Source: Paramoeba atlantica (taxonomy: Eukaryota; Protista; Discosea). Taken from it: 64,000 bases of DNA. The stretch's first letter is position 1. Each line of letters begins with the position of its first letter. Of the stretch, positions 21,068 through 31,719 are shown in pieces. The DNA lies in the NCBI GenBank assembly GCA_977017575.1, contig CDRNVI010000053.1, positions 868,001 to 932,000 of the forward strand, read 5' to 3'. A program made the position numbers and the translations under genes. Below the pieces are notes generated by a model. It did not search any database, was not told the origin of the DNA, and saw only the letters and a program-made list of their open reading frames with translations.

Positions 21068-21811
21068 ATGTTTTTTCTCCCACCCCCCATCGGGTTCACA
21101 TTCTGTATCCCACACCTGCATCTTGTTTCCTCACTCGACACCTGTTCTTCTCACCGAGTTCGCGGCTCATCACTTCCTTTAGAATACGACTTGGAGCGTT
21201 TTATCCACTCAGTAAGCCACACCCACCCCTCATGGACGACTCACACGCCTGGATGCCTTTGGTATGGGGTGCGATGTGAGGGCTCGGGAAAATGGGCTAC
21301 CTCACTTTTATGGAATTCTGTAGGTGTAAGTGGTTCGCTACATTGGTCATGGCTTCCTTCAGCACTGCAGCAACTCCAACTTTCCGGTAACTGTCTCTAC
21401 GGTGTCATAGGGATTTCTCATTTTCCAGAAACCATGTGCAATGCGGATTTGAGCCAAAATGGGTTCTCGGGAGATGTTTGTCTCGCTGAGCTGCCACCGG
21501 ATATGCGGACGATCGATTTTAGTAAGAATTTATTAGGAGGCGAGCTTGCACTAGAATCACTTCCCTCACAAATTACAAATCTGAGCGTTAATTTTAATCA
21601 ATTTGTCGGTGAACTCATACTAATACATTTGCCTACGAGTTTACTGATCATGGATTTTAGTTTCAACGATTTTATTGGCACTGTGGATGTGAGTGCAATT
21701 AATGATAACGTCTTACTACTTAATTTACGTGAAAATCGCTTTTCTGCTATTCAGCCCACACAATACGAATCTTTTATCTTCTTTCTACCTCAGCAAGACG
21801 AGCTTCAATAA
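21068..21811 (+). CDS. leucine-rich repeat protein (paralog of 13538-14482)
   Basis: GCLWYGVRC cap, then LPSALQQLQLSGN, LPPDMRTIDFSKN, LPSQITNLSVNFN, LPTSLLIMDFSFN repeats. Confidence 0.85.
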   Translation: MFFLPPPIGFTFCIPHLHLVSSLDTCSSHRVRGSSLPLEYDLERFIHSVSHTHPSWTTHTPGCLWYGVRCEGSGKWATSLLWNSVGVSGSLHWSWLPSALQQLQLSGNCLYGVIGISHFPETMCNADLSQNGFSGDVCLAELPPDMRTIDFSKNLLGGELALESLPSQITNLSVNFNQFVGELILIHLPTSLLIMDFSFNDFIGTVDVSAINDNVLLLNLRENRFSAIQPTQYESFIFFLPQQDELQ

Positions 21812-21937
21812 TCTGTCGACATTTCCATAGTTCAAAATTGGCATCTCATGATCCTAATTCTACATGGGCTTTACTTTGAAAGAAAATCTTCCTTCATCAT
21901 TTTCTTGTATTCTTTGTATTAATCTAATATCAATGTA

Positions 21938-23466
21938 AATGGGGGGGCGGATATAGTATATATCGTATATACATTTATTGTATGTACATTATTGTATATT
22001 ATATCGTATATACATTATTGTATGTATTTTCTTTTTTAGGCTCTTCGTTAAACGCGGTGGTTGCTTTCAACTTAGAAGTCACTCATGCTGCGCGCTTCGC
22101 GTTGAAAACTCCCGCCGCGTTTAACGAAGAGCCTAAAAAAGAAAATTTAGCCTGGAAAACGGAAAGATTATAACCAAAAATAGCCGAATTTCGGGTACAA
22201 ATGGGGTCATTTTCGCATATTTTTGCTCTCAGAGCACTAAATCCGACATTTGCGCGTGGGAAATCACTCGCAGGCATGAATGAAAGCCTACCGAACGTAT
22301 TGGGTAGAGAATGCGACTCCAACCATACCATTCTTTCGACAAAAATGCCCCTTTAGGTCCGAAAAATACTTTTTCACCTTTTTTAGTCAAAAATGGGTCA
22401 TTTTGGGGGGCGCACCACAGTTCGAAGAAGTGATACCTTGCGAAAACAACTGCGTAGAAAGCTAGTGTAGGTCCCAAACTATCAAAATACAATAGGGGAA
22501 ACGATTTTGGAAAAATATTTTTTTTGTCATTTTTTTCGCCAAGTTGAAATTTTTTTCAAATTTTTTTTTCCGAAAAAATCCGAACTTGGCGGACCCGTCC
22601 TGCGGATACGCGGTGGGGTCACCCCCGGGTAGGGGGGTGGAAAATGCGCGCCAAGACCCCGGCTACCCTTTCTGCGGTTTTTTTTCGAAAACTAATTTTT
22701 TCGAAAAAATTTGCTCGACCATGCCCCCCCCCTGGACCCCCCCCATGGACCCCCCATTTTTTTCAATTTTTTTTTTCAGTTTTGGACCACCGGAGCCCCC
22801 TTTTATATTTTTTTCTTCTATTATATTACTGTGTTCCCCTTTATATTTTCACTGTTTTTGTTCACTTTTTTTTCAATAATCGAGTGTAGAGCGGTAGTTT
22901 TACAACCACCGCAATATGTATAGTATATATGTATATGTACATATGGGCGGATATGTATATTACGCTTGCAGATATATATTACCATTCTAGTTTTCTAAAG
23001 TTTCATAGCACAACTGAAGTGAAAATGTATCGCATATCCCTCTAAGATTGCAAGAAACGCGTGAAGCAAGGGATGGCAAAGGAGGTGAAGAGTAGGAATG
23101 CCCCTCGAATGATAAAGACAACTGCGGTTTCTGCGATTTGGATAGAAACCTGAACTGGGACGACAAGGTCGAAGCCTCCTTGTCATCCTCCCTAGCATTT
23201 GTGTGGGTGAAAGTATACTTTTGAAGGCAACGGGCCCCTAGGCGTCTTCCCCAGCAGTACCATTTTAGTGTTCGTACAAGCGCCTACCCCCCAAATTGCC
23301 TTAAATGTTATATTTTTGAATTTGAATGTCGTTCCCCCACTTGAATATACAATGTGCGTGCAGCATTTTTCGCAATATAAATACTCTTGCAGATTTATAT
23401 TACCATTCTACCTAAACCAGATCTATACTACCAAAAAAAAGCGTAATATATATCCGCACCCCCCTT
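21938..23466. mobile_element. TA-flanked TIR element (AAGGGGGG family) hosting an ~890-bp insertion
   Basis: TA|AATGGGGGGGCGGATATA ... TATATCCGCACCCCCCTT|TA. Similar termini at 55842-57183. Confidence 0.6.
22027..22914 (+). mobile_element. ~890-bp non-coding dispersed element, copy 1 (palindromic 5' end, hairpin 3' end)
   Basis: Near-identical to 60991-61879 (+) and 56224-57123 (-). 119-bp palindrome at 22027-22145 and terminal hairpin GCGGTAGTT-TTAC-AACCACCGC. Confidence 0.9.
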
Positions 23467-23563
23467 TATCTTGTACAACTTTTCAGTTGGTCTATTTCAA
23501 AAGTATTGTTCAATAAGATATTTTCTTAAAAGGTTCTTTTGACATCTTTTTCTTTCCCTTACT

Positions 23564-24298
23564 ATGCCACCCCGTGGCAGGCCTACCTCATCATCCTTCC
23601 GCACTTCCTACGAGCTCTCTCAGTTGCCTCCTGCCGAGATTCTCTCTCCAGACTCCTTTCTGTTTCCTCCCCGACCCATCCCAAGACCCCAACCTAAAAC
23701 CGCTACACAGCAACTTCTTGCAGAATCCTTTTTGCAGCTTGAGCGTCGGTACGCGACCTCTACATGGAGAAAACTCTCTCATGCCACAGGACTTGATGCC
23801 TCTACCCTATCCGATCGAGCTTGTCCTCAGGACACAGTACGGGCAGGAAAGATTCAACCATCCACTATGGAGATTTCTCCCTTTCTGCCCACTTTTATGG
23901 CTATGGAAGAGACCTGCACGGTGATGTGCTCTTCCCCTAAGTTATCACAACTTCACGCTGCCAACTGTTCTGTTAATTCTCACAATGTTTCCTTTTTGTT
24001 ATCTCTCTCCACACAATCTCTTTTTCAACTTTTGTCTCGACATTCGAGACGTAATGATGCGTCGTCGAAGTCCAGTCACTGGCGAATTATGTCCCAGGCG
24101 GCACGACAGGAGGAACGCTGCCTGGAACGAATTCCAATCCCTCGTAGAGGGGTTGGAAATGAAGAGGCCTTTTTGGGCAAAGACGGCGAGAACGTATTCG
24201 ACACACTGAGGGAAAATATTGTCTGGGATTCCTTTTTGGGCGATGAAGATGATGGGGATCTGGAATCTGACGTGCAATATGAAGATTACTTTCCTTGA
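23564..24298 (+). CDS. hypothetical protein, possibly RNA polymerase III subunit C31/RPC7-like
   Basis: N-terminal MPPRGR..SF...LFPPRPIP pattern and acidic C-terminus ending EDDGDLESDVQYEDYF resemble RPC7. The identification is tentative. Confidence 0.5.
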   Translation: MPPRGRPTSSSFRTSYELSQLPPAEILSPDSFLFPPRPIPRPQPKTATQQLLAESFLQLERRYATSTWRKLSHATGLDASTLSDRACPQDTVRAGKIQPSTMEISPFLPTFMAMEETCTVMCSSPKLSQLHAANCSVNSHNVSFLLSLSTQSLFQLLSRHSRRNDASSKSSHWRIMSQAARQEERCLERIPIPRRGVGNEEAFLGKDGENVFDTLRENIVWDSFLGDEDDGDLESDVQYEDYFP

Positions 24299-24454
24299 AG
24301 TGAATTGGGCTTGCATGGTTGGGTTGTACAATGTGTGGAGTTACAAGGAACACGTACGATACATAATTTTTTTGTCGTTTTATGTGCTCCTTATTTTGAC
24401 TAGACGTTATTTTAAAGTACTGAAACACACCTCTATCCCACTTTGTGGACTAAA

Positions 24455-25534
24455 ATGCTTTCTCCTTTGGAGATACTGATAGCCTCCGTTAGGGATGATA
24501 TACTCGACATAAGTCTTGAAAGGAACTCCCGTACATTATCTTCTGAGACATCCGTTAAACGTAGTAGTATGCACCGGCCTTTTAATAATATTATTGACAG
24601 ACTTCGTAAGATTAATTCGTGCGCCAAGCGTACATGGAGCATTTACGCATCCGAGCTTCATTTTCCTGAATCATTACAGCTCATAGACTTTGAACCGAAG
24701 CATAAGAAGGTATGTGCTAACAAGCAACCATCAACTGCTGCAGTAAATGATGTCTCCCTTCCATCGAATTTTCTACCGCAATCAAACAATATCGCTGGGT
24801 CTTCTCCTCTAGAAGTAACATTCATAAAACACGCCTTGGGTAGACTTTGTATAAGCGTTCTACTAAATGGTCTTCCTTTAGAAGACCTGATTACTGCTAG
24901 CTATCGCTGCGACATACGTCTTGACAAGCTACCTTCACGTACCCAAGTAGATCAGAATATCTTACATGCTCATTTGTCTCGAGTCCTTGGGGTTGTTTTT
25001 TATAGCAATGGGGTCAGAGAGTGCTGTGACGAGCAGCAAGCAGCAAGAATACTACGTCCATATCAATCGGTTTCTCCTCCGTACTTTACTGCCGATGAAT
25101 CGTTTTCTCGGCCTTCTGGATATCAATTTCGATATATGGTTCCTGGTGAATTCTGTGTCAAACATGGATCTCCCATTTCGAATTCAGAACGTGAACTGGG
25201 GAATGTGCCAAATTCTCGTCATTTTTTACTAGACGAGTCGACAACTCCTAACATTAGGTTGCACAGTGATCCTTTTGAGACAAGTGGTCAAAAAATATAC
25301 TGTCGGTGTGGTCTGAAATACTCTAGTTGTTACGGTCCAACCTGGATATGGTGCTGGGGCTGCCGTAAATGGTCACACTGGAAATGTGTTCGACCATCTA
25401 GAGAAAAGAACAAAAAACAAGACGAAACGATATTAGTCTTAAAAAATCAAAATCATTCGGAATTTGGTCGCGCCCCGCATGATTTTAATTGTTTGGATGG
25501 CAAATGTCTAATTGCAATGTCTAGTACTTTGTGA
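24455..25534 (+). CDS. hypothetical protein with C-terminal PHD-like finger
   Basis: YCRC...WIWCWGCRKWSHWKC...FNCLDGKC matches the C4HC3 spacing. First ATG 24455. Confidence 0.65.
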   Translation: MLSPLEILIASVRDDILDISLERNSRTLSSETSVKRSSMHRPFNNIIDRLRKINSCAKRTWSIYASELHFPESLQLIDFEPKHKKVCANKQPSTAAVNDVSLPSNFLPQSNNIAGSSPLEVTFIKHALGRLCISVLLNGLPLEDLITASYRCDIRLDKLPSRTQVDQNILHAHLSRVLGVVFYSNGVRECCDEQQAARILRPYQSVSPPYFTADESFSRPSGYQFRYMVPGEFCVKHGSPISNSERELGNVPNSRHFLLDESTTPNIRLHSDPFETSGQKIYCRCGLKYSSCYGPTWIWCWGCRKWSHWKCVRPSREKNKKQDETILVLKNQNHSEFGRAPHDFNCLDGKCLIAMSSTL

Positions 25535-25690
25535 TCTTTAAAATAGAATGAGTGGTTAAGAAACTTGCATTAATATCACAAATACAGGTATAAAGTTAAT
25601 ACAAGCGTATTGCTTTTTCGGAGTATTACAACTCAGAAGATCAGATATTCCATTAAACACATTTCTTATTTACGTACGTACTGTATTTTA

Positions 25691-28030
25691 ATGTCTGAAA
25701 AGATCTCTTCTACTGACGTGGAGAAATGTCTGAGTCACAGTGCGCAAAGTGCTCTACGGATTGTGCTAAAATGCCCAACGCAACGCGCGTACTGGAAAAA
25801 AGTGCTCAAAGAATTAAAAACTTTACCCATAGAAATTACACGAGAATATTGGATCACATATTTTAAAACCTTTCCCACGGACTCCACATGCTTGTGTGAA
25901 TACTTGACTGAAGAGCTTAAAGCTCAACAATACGAACATGTTTTCCTTTTTTTCGATAAGTCAAATAGAGGCCTTGCACTACAATGTCCACACATGAAGG
26001 TGTGGCAAATTTTCTTAGATGCGGTAGATGAGTCATCTTTAAAATCTTCCCAAGAAATGCACGAGGCGTATATCTTGGCTAAAAATATCATTGGTCAGCA
26101 GAACGATTCCGAAATATTTTGGGATCGGTATCTATTATTTCTACAGAACAAAGTTCACCCAAGGCATCAAATAGGTGTTCTACGCAATGCATACCACGAG
26201 GCTTTGTTAACTCCATACAGTGGTGTAGAATTCCTAATGGAAAAATACGAGGCATTTGAACGAGCGCATAATTCTAGAGCTGTCGTTGCGAACGACTTAA
26301 AACAAGCTCACAAACGGTCAGTATTTGTGTCTAAGGAACTCATTCAACGAATTTATTATGGCGTAGACCGCTCACATATCGCCCTCCCTCTTGGAGAAGC
26401 AAGTTCTACGGAAGATACTTCCCAATATCTGTTTTGGCGCAGAGTGATCGCTTATGAACTAACCAATCCTCTATCATTTAAAGAGCATGATGCAAATTTA
26501 GTGCGTCGCATAGAAAACGCTTATCGTTCTGCTTTAATGCATTGTAGGTGTCACGCCGAGCTATGGGTAGAACTTGCAAATTTCTTAATTATTAATGAAC
26601 TCAAAGATGAAGCAAAGAGTATTTTTGAAGAAGCAATTGAATCCATGCCACAGAGCATTATTGTATGCTGCTCCTTTGCAGATTCACTTTGCTCCAATCT
26701 TAAACTGGTTGATAACAGTATCGAAAAGGGTCACAAAGTTTTCCAGAATTTAATTTCACAAACACTAGCGTCGCCGGTTTTCGATGTTTTAGACAATGTG
26801 GCCCAAGCATACTCATGCTACATGAGGTGGGCAAGGTTTGCTCATCCTTTTAGCGGCATTGAAAAAGCAAGACATATATTTAGAGAGGCAATTCGAGAAG
26901 AACCCCGCCTACGTAGATTTTTGGTTCCATTTGCAGCCGAAATAGAACTGTCCTCTGGCAATCCCAAAGAAAAACTTCCGCTGGCTTTAGAATACTACAA
27001 CGCTGTCAGCTTCGAAGATCAAAAGTCGTTGGGGCTTCTGGAATCTCTCAGTGCTTTGCACGCACGTGCCGGATCATATACGGAAGCAATATCTTTGCTG
27101 CGACAAGCTCCGGGTACGGAAGTCAATAAGAAAAGAATTGCACTACTGGAACAGGAAAACACATTCAAATATTATCCTGTTCATAATACTCTGCGTGAAT
27201 ATGAATTTTTTCTTTCCGAAGAGGGTCTTTCCGCTATATCTGAGCAACCCCCGGTTACGTATCCATTGTTTTCTAGTCTAATGACCACTTCCCATACCAC
27301 CGAAAACTTATTGGAAAAGGCACTTGTCCCACACACTCATCAGAGAATGGTTGAATCTGATGTATTCGACAAAAATCTCAACTGCACTTTTCAACTTGGT
27401 CAAGAATCCTTTCAGGAGAATGGAAGCACAGACATTGGTTCGGCCACTGAATGGCCAGTGACATCTGACACAATCTCTCTAACAACTAGAAAACCGATGT
27501 CATCTCATACACATGATGAAACGAATGTAGATAGTTTTTCACAAGATTCACTGCAGGTGGGTAGGAAACGGTTCTCTCGAAAGGAACCACTTAACCCAGC
27601 ATCTTCGGGGAATTTTCTTATTACGTCACTTCGGAGGCACTTGCTTGTCTCTTATACTCCTATCCTACAGGAGGAGTATCGCATGCCTCCAATTAATCGG
27701 GCATTCATAATTCGAAAGACGGACACTTCTCCGTACAAATCATCATTCCCCAAACTTCCTTGCGTATATCAATATTTTGTACCTCTGAAACCTCGGAAGT
27801 CTGTGTTAAAGGAAACCGATTTGCATGTCAAAGAACTTCCCCAAGCTATTCTTTCTCTTATGAAAGCGTTACCATCTCCTGTTGGCTGTGTAGGCGTTAT
27901 TCCTTCTATGAAAGATCGCATCCCATCGGCAGAATATTTGACTGATGCATTGAGTAGCATTCCTGCTGAAAATCTATCTCTTTTACCCACAACCGTAAAC
28001 AATGAACGCAATGACGACGACAATGGTTAA
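25691..28030 (+). CDS. CSTF3: cleavage stimulation factor 77 kDa subunit / Rna14 (HAT repeats, Suf domain)
   Basis: FWDRYLLFL, LRNAYHEALLTP..GVEFLMEKYEAFE, WRRVIAYELTNPL, AYSCYMRWAR...GIEKARHIFREA. First ATG 25691. Confidence 0.8.
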   Translation: MSEKISSTDVEKCLSHSAQSALRIVLKCPTQRAYWKKVLKELKTLPIEITREYWITYFKTFPTDSTCLCEYLTEELKAQQYEHVFLFFDKSNRGLALQCPHMKVWQIFLDAVDESSLKSSQEMHEAYILAKNIIGQQNDSEIFWDRYLLFLQNKVHPRHQIGVLRNAYHEALLTPYSGVEFLMEKYEAFERAHNSRAVVANDLKQAHKRSVFVSKELIQRIYYGVDRSHIALPLGEASSTEDTSQYLFWRRVIAYELTNPLSFKEHDANLVRRIENAYRSALMHCRCHAELWVELANFLIINELKDEAKSIFEEAIESMPQSIIVCCSFADSLCSNLKLVDNSIEKGHKVFQNLISQTLASPVFDVLDNVAQAYSCYMRWARFAHPFSGIEKARHIFREAIREEPRLRRFLVPFAAEIELSSGNPKEKLPLALEYYNAVSFEDQKSLGLLESLSALHARAGSYTEAISLLRQAPGTEVNKKRIALLEQENTFKYYPVHNTLREYEFFLSEEGLSAISEQPPVTYPLFSSLMTTSHTTENLLEKALVPHTHQRMVESDVFDKNLNCTFQLGQESFQENGSTDIGSATEWPVTSDTISLTTRKPMSSHTHDETNVDSFSQDSLQVGRKRFSRKEPLNPASSGNFLITSLRRHLLVSYTPILQEEYRMPPINRAFIIRKTDTSPYKSSFPKLPCVYQYFVPLKPRKSVLKETDLHVKELPQAILSLMKALPSPVGCVGVIPSMKDRIPSAEYLTDALSSIPAENLSLLPTTVNNERNDDDNG

Positions 28031-28284
28031 TCCTCTTAACGCAAAACTTGTGCAGTCCCCCTCTCATTATTTTCAATAAATGACTCCTGACATTTTCTTT
28101 CAAAAATTTATAACTACTTTTGCAAAAGTTAATCCTTTCGTTCTGATTCACGCTCTTTTTATATCTTTTTTATCACCCTATTTTAAACCCAACCCTAACA
28201 CTCTTTCCCTAACTCTCTCTTTCTCTTTTCCTCTCTCTCTCTTTCTCTTTTCCCCTCTCTCTCTCTCTCTCCTTTCCTCCCTCC

Positions 28285-29481
28285 ATGTCCCACCGCAAAT
28301 TCGAGCACCCCCGGCACGGCCACCTCGGCTTCCTCCCTAAGAAGCGCTGCCGCCACATCCGCGGCCGCATCCGCTCCTTCCCGCGGGACAACGCGGCGGC
28401 GGCCCCCCACCTCACCGCGTTCATGGGGTTCAAGGCGGGCATGACGCACATCGTGCGTGACATGGACCGCCCCGGGAGTAAGATGAACAAGAAGGAGGTG
28501 GTCGAGGCGGTGACCATTGTGGAGACCCCCCCGATGATGGTGGTGGGGTTCGTGGGGTACCGCGAGACGCCGAACGGGCTGCGCTGTGTCGGGTCGATCT
28601 GGGCCCAGCACCTCAGTGATGAGTGCCGCCGGCGGTTCTACCGCAACTGGCGCAGCAGCAAGAAGCGGGCGTTCAGTAAGTACAGTTTGAAACTGGCGAC
28701 GCAGGAGGGGAAAGGCGCGGCGGAGAAGAAGGAGGGGAAGATTTTGGAAAGTGCCACGGTGCTTCGGGTGATTGCGCATACGCAGATGCGGAAGCTCGGG
28801 AACCCGCATGTGGGACAGCGTAAGGCGTTTATTACGGAGATCCAGGTCAATGGGGGTGAGATTGCGGACAAGGTGGCCTACGCTAAGGGGTTGTTGGAGC
28901 GAGAGGTCCATGTAGGGTCTGTGTTTCAGCAATCCGAGTGTACGGATATCTGCAGTGTGACGCGTGGGCACGGGTTTGAGGGTGTGATCCAACGATGGGG
29001 AGTGACCCGTCTTCCGCGCAAAACCCACCGTGGTCTTCGTAAAGTTGCGTGTATCGGAAGTTGGCATCCCGAGCGCGTGTCGTTTACCGTCGCGCGAGCC
29101 GGACAGCATGGTTTCCACCATCGTACGGAGCTCAACAAGAAGATTTATCTCATGGGCCAATCTCTCGCGGAAAATCCTCACACTGCGAAAACCGAGTACG
29201 ACATCACGGAGAAGTCCATCACTCCGATGGGAGGGTTTCCGAAGTACGGCACCGTGCGAAATGAGTTTCTGATGCTAAAGGGTTCTATTGCGGGTCCTGT
29301 GCGACGTTCGGTTACGTTGCGTCGTCCGATTGCGCCACAGACCTCTCGTGCGTTACAAGAGAAGGTGACCATGAAGTTTATTGACACGTCCTCGAAGCGA
29401 GGTCATGGACGCTTCCAGACGATTAAGGAGAAGAACCAGTTTGTGGGTACGCTGAAGAAGCACGGTCTACGCCAAAAGTAA
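28285..29481 (+). CDS. RPL3: 60S ribosomal protein L3 (uL3)
   Basis: MSHRKFEHPRHGHLGFLPKKR, AFMGFKAGMTHIVR, LPRKTHRGLRKVACIGSWHP, FIDTSSKRGHGRFQT. Confidence 0.99.
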   Translation: MSHRKFEHPRHGHLGFLPKKRCRHIRGRIRSFPRDNAAAAPHLTAFMGFKAGMTHIVRDMDRPGSKMNKKEVVEAVTIVETPPMMVVGFVGYRETPNGLRCVGSIWAQHLSDECRRRFYRNWRSSKKRAFSKYSLKLATQEGKGAAEKKEGKILESATVLRVIAHTQMRKLGNPHVGQRKAFITEIQVNGGEIADKVAYAKGLLEREVHVGSVFQQSECTDICSVTRGHGFEGVIQRWGVTRLPRKTHRGLRKVACIGSWHPERVSFTVARAGQHGFHHRTELNKKIYLMGQSLAENPHTAKTEYDITEKSITPMGGFPKYGTVRNEFLMLKGSIAGPVRRSVTLRRPIAPQTSRALQEKVTMKFIDTSSKRGHGRFQTIKEKNQFVGTLKKHGLRQK

Positions 29482-29883
29482 GCGAGAAGTAAATCTTGGC
29501 GAAGCTAGAAGTTGAAAGTTAGAAGACAGAGCACCGGAGATGGATTTTTTTATTGAGGTGAATTCATATTTTGGTCTTGAATAATAAAGTATTCCAAGTG
29601 ATTTTTATGACTCAATTTAGTCTTAGTCACATTCCTTTTAGCCCTATTATTGTTTTAGTATTTTCCATCTGAAAGTTACTCAGACCTTTGTGCGGATTCT
29701 AATACGCGAACAATCTGTGCTGATTCCAATATATTTTTTGATACTCAACACTGCGACACACTGATACACTCTGCCGTCACCGTAGGAATTTTTGTTTCGT
29801 TTATACATGTAAATAATTTTCATCTCTGTTCTTGTACTCACGTTAATACACATCTCGACTTTTTTTCTGTACAATTTGTTTCA

Positions 29884-31443
29884 ATGCGCACGGCATCCCT
29901 TAAATGCACTATTTCGCGTGAGGACCAACGGGTTCTGGATTTACTTCTCGACGTGGTCCACTCTTGGCGTCTCCCTGTCACATTACGCATAGCTGGGGGT
30001 TGGGTACGAAATATGCTACTGAACTTACCTGGACAAGACATTGACATCGCTCTTGACGGCACAGATCCGGAGCATCCCAGCAAGCCGATGACTGGTCATG
30101 CATTTGCGACCTACATTCAACGTTATCAAAGTGAGCACGATATGGAAACTCACACAATCGGAGTCATTCACGCGAATCCCACACAGTCGAAACATCTAGA
30201 AACCGCGACAACTCATATTTTCGGCCAGCCTATTGATTTGCTGCATCTTCGAAACGAGTCGTATGGAAATGGCAGTCGAATTCCCTCTATTCAACGAGGC
30301 AGTATAGTACAAGATGCGGAAAGGAGAGATTTTACTGTAAACGCTTTGTATTATAATCTTCACACAAAGCAGGTGGAAGATTATGTAGGGGGTCTTTTAG
30401 ATTTGGAAAAGCGAAAGTTACGGTGTCCTCTTTCCCCGCGTCACACATTTCACGACGACCCACTACGACTTCTCCGTGCAATCCGCTTTGCTCGTCAATT
30501 TGATCTCGAGATTGATAATTCAGTTATGGAAGCCGCAAGCCTTCCAGAAGTACATCAAGCGCTGCGCGAAAAGGTGAGCCGCGAGCGTATTGGCATTGAG
30601 ATGAAGAAATCACTTGGTGGTCCCGATCCTCCTCAAGTCCTCAGTTTTCTTTTTCGTACACAAACTCTGGGAAGTGTTTTCATGCACTGTGCGTTAAACC
30701 CTTCTTATTCAAAGCCTTGCTCGTCGTATGAGTCGATAATTTGGAAACCCACTCAATGGCATTGGTCTCTCCACGCCTGCGAATTGCTTAAATGTCTAAC
30801 ATCTGCTGGAGAAAATCGCTTCTGTGCTGTGCTTCTTGCCCTTTTTGCTCCTCTAACTGAAAATACGAAAAACAACAAGATGATGCTTCCCTCTTGTATT
30901 CTTCATGCATTAAAACAACCTCGTCGCATATTACAACAAGTCGACGCATTTCTTGCCGCTTCTTCTAGTCTTACTGACTTGCTGAATCCTCTATGCACAA
31001 AATATTCCGGTAATTTTACTAAAGCCTGCATTGAATCCTATTTCCAGCCTCAAAATTTACTTTGCAAGGAGTCTAAATCTCCTCGTGTTACTTTATATGA
31101 ACTTTTCAGTAGTTTAAAAAGCTTAAATTTTGCCCCTCCTTTGTGCATTGCACTATTGCAGTTGATTCCTTCACCCCTTGATCAAGCGTCAAAAGCACCA
31201 ATACTTCAATTGCATGAAATATTTTCTTCTGTGTGGCAAAACGATCCACACAAAATTACGCAGTCTTCTCAGTGGAAACCTTTACTTCGAGGCGATGAGC
31301 TATCAAAGGCTTTATCTCTTCCTGCAAAGCAGATCGGTGAAACCTTACAACAACAAATGCGTCTTCAGGCTGAATTTCCAGATTTGCATCCTCACCAAGC
31401 TCTCGATATGCTACGAGTTCTTCGAGAAAGTAACTCTAAATGA
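29884..31443 (+). CDS. CCA1: CCA tRNA nucleotidyltransferase (class II, PolyA_pol family)
   Basis: LRIAGGWVRN..DIDIALD, DAERRDFTVNALYYN, DDPLRLLRAIRF, KVSRERIGIEMKK. Confidence 0.9.
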   Translation: MRTASLKCTISREDQRVLDLLLDVVHSWRLPVTLRIAGGWVRNMLLNLPGQDIDIALDGTDPEHPSKPMTGHAFATYIQRYQSEHDMETHTIGVIHANPTQSKHLETATTHIFGQPIDLLHLRNESYGNGSRIPSIQRGSIVQDAERRDFTVNALYYNLHTKQVEDYVGGLLDLEKRKLRCPLSPRHTFHDDPLRLLRAIRFARQFDLEIDNSVMEAASLPEVHQALREKVSRERIGIEMKKSLGGPDPPQVLSFLFRTQTLGSVFMHCALNPSYSKPCSSYESIIWKPTQWHWSLHACELLKCLTSAGENRFCAVLLALFAPLTENTKNNKMMLPSCILHALKQPRRILQQVDAFLAASSSLTDLLNPLCTKYSGNFTKACIESYFQPQNLLCKESKSPRVTLYELFSSLKSLNFAPPLCIALLQLIPSPLDQASKAPILQLHEIFSSVWQNDPHKITQSSQWKPLLRGDELSKALSLPAKQIGETLQQQMRLQAEFPDLHPHQALDMLRVLRESNSK

Positions 31444-31719
31444 CAGTAGTATAAGTTAGGCAAGTTTAAATATTGACTTCAGTACTTTTCAAACGGCATG
31501 ACATTGTTGCGCATTCTTTCGCAAAATATTTTCGCGATATTATTAGAAGACGCATCACGAATACTTTCCTATTATTTTCCGAGAAAACCGTTTGATTTCA
31601 CTTCCCGTTTATGATGGATTTCAAAAGGCGCATTCATAATTGTCAGTCCGTGTTTAATTAGTTTATTTCTAAGCTTACACGCATTGTGAATTTCGATAGC
31701 CTTTTGATACATCTTTTTT

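Noticed and set aside
22083-22923. Small ORFs repeated in all ~890-bp copies (also 56221-57072, 61047-61933)
   Set aside because: Low-complexity Phe/Pro/Lys translations of homopolymer runs; frames differ between copies with run length.
10091-28030. FIP1 and CstF-77 as a functional 3'-processing cluster
   Set aside because: They are 15 kb apart with unrelated genes between, and kinetoplastid arrays are not functionally clustered.
28185-28213. CCCTAA telomere-like hexamers upstream of RPL3
   Set aside because: Only two non-adjacent copies within a C-rich tract, as expected by chance.
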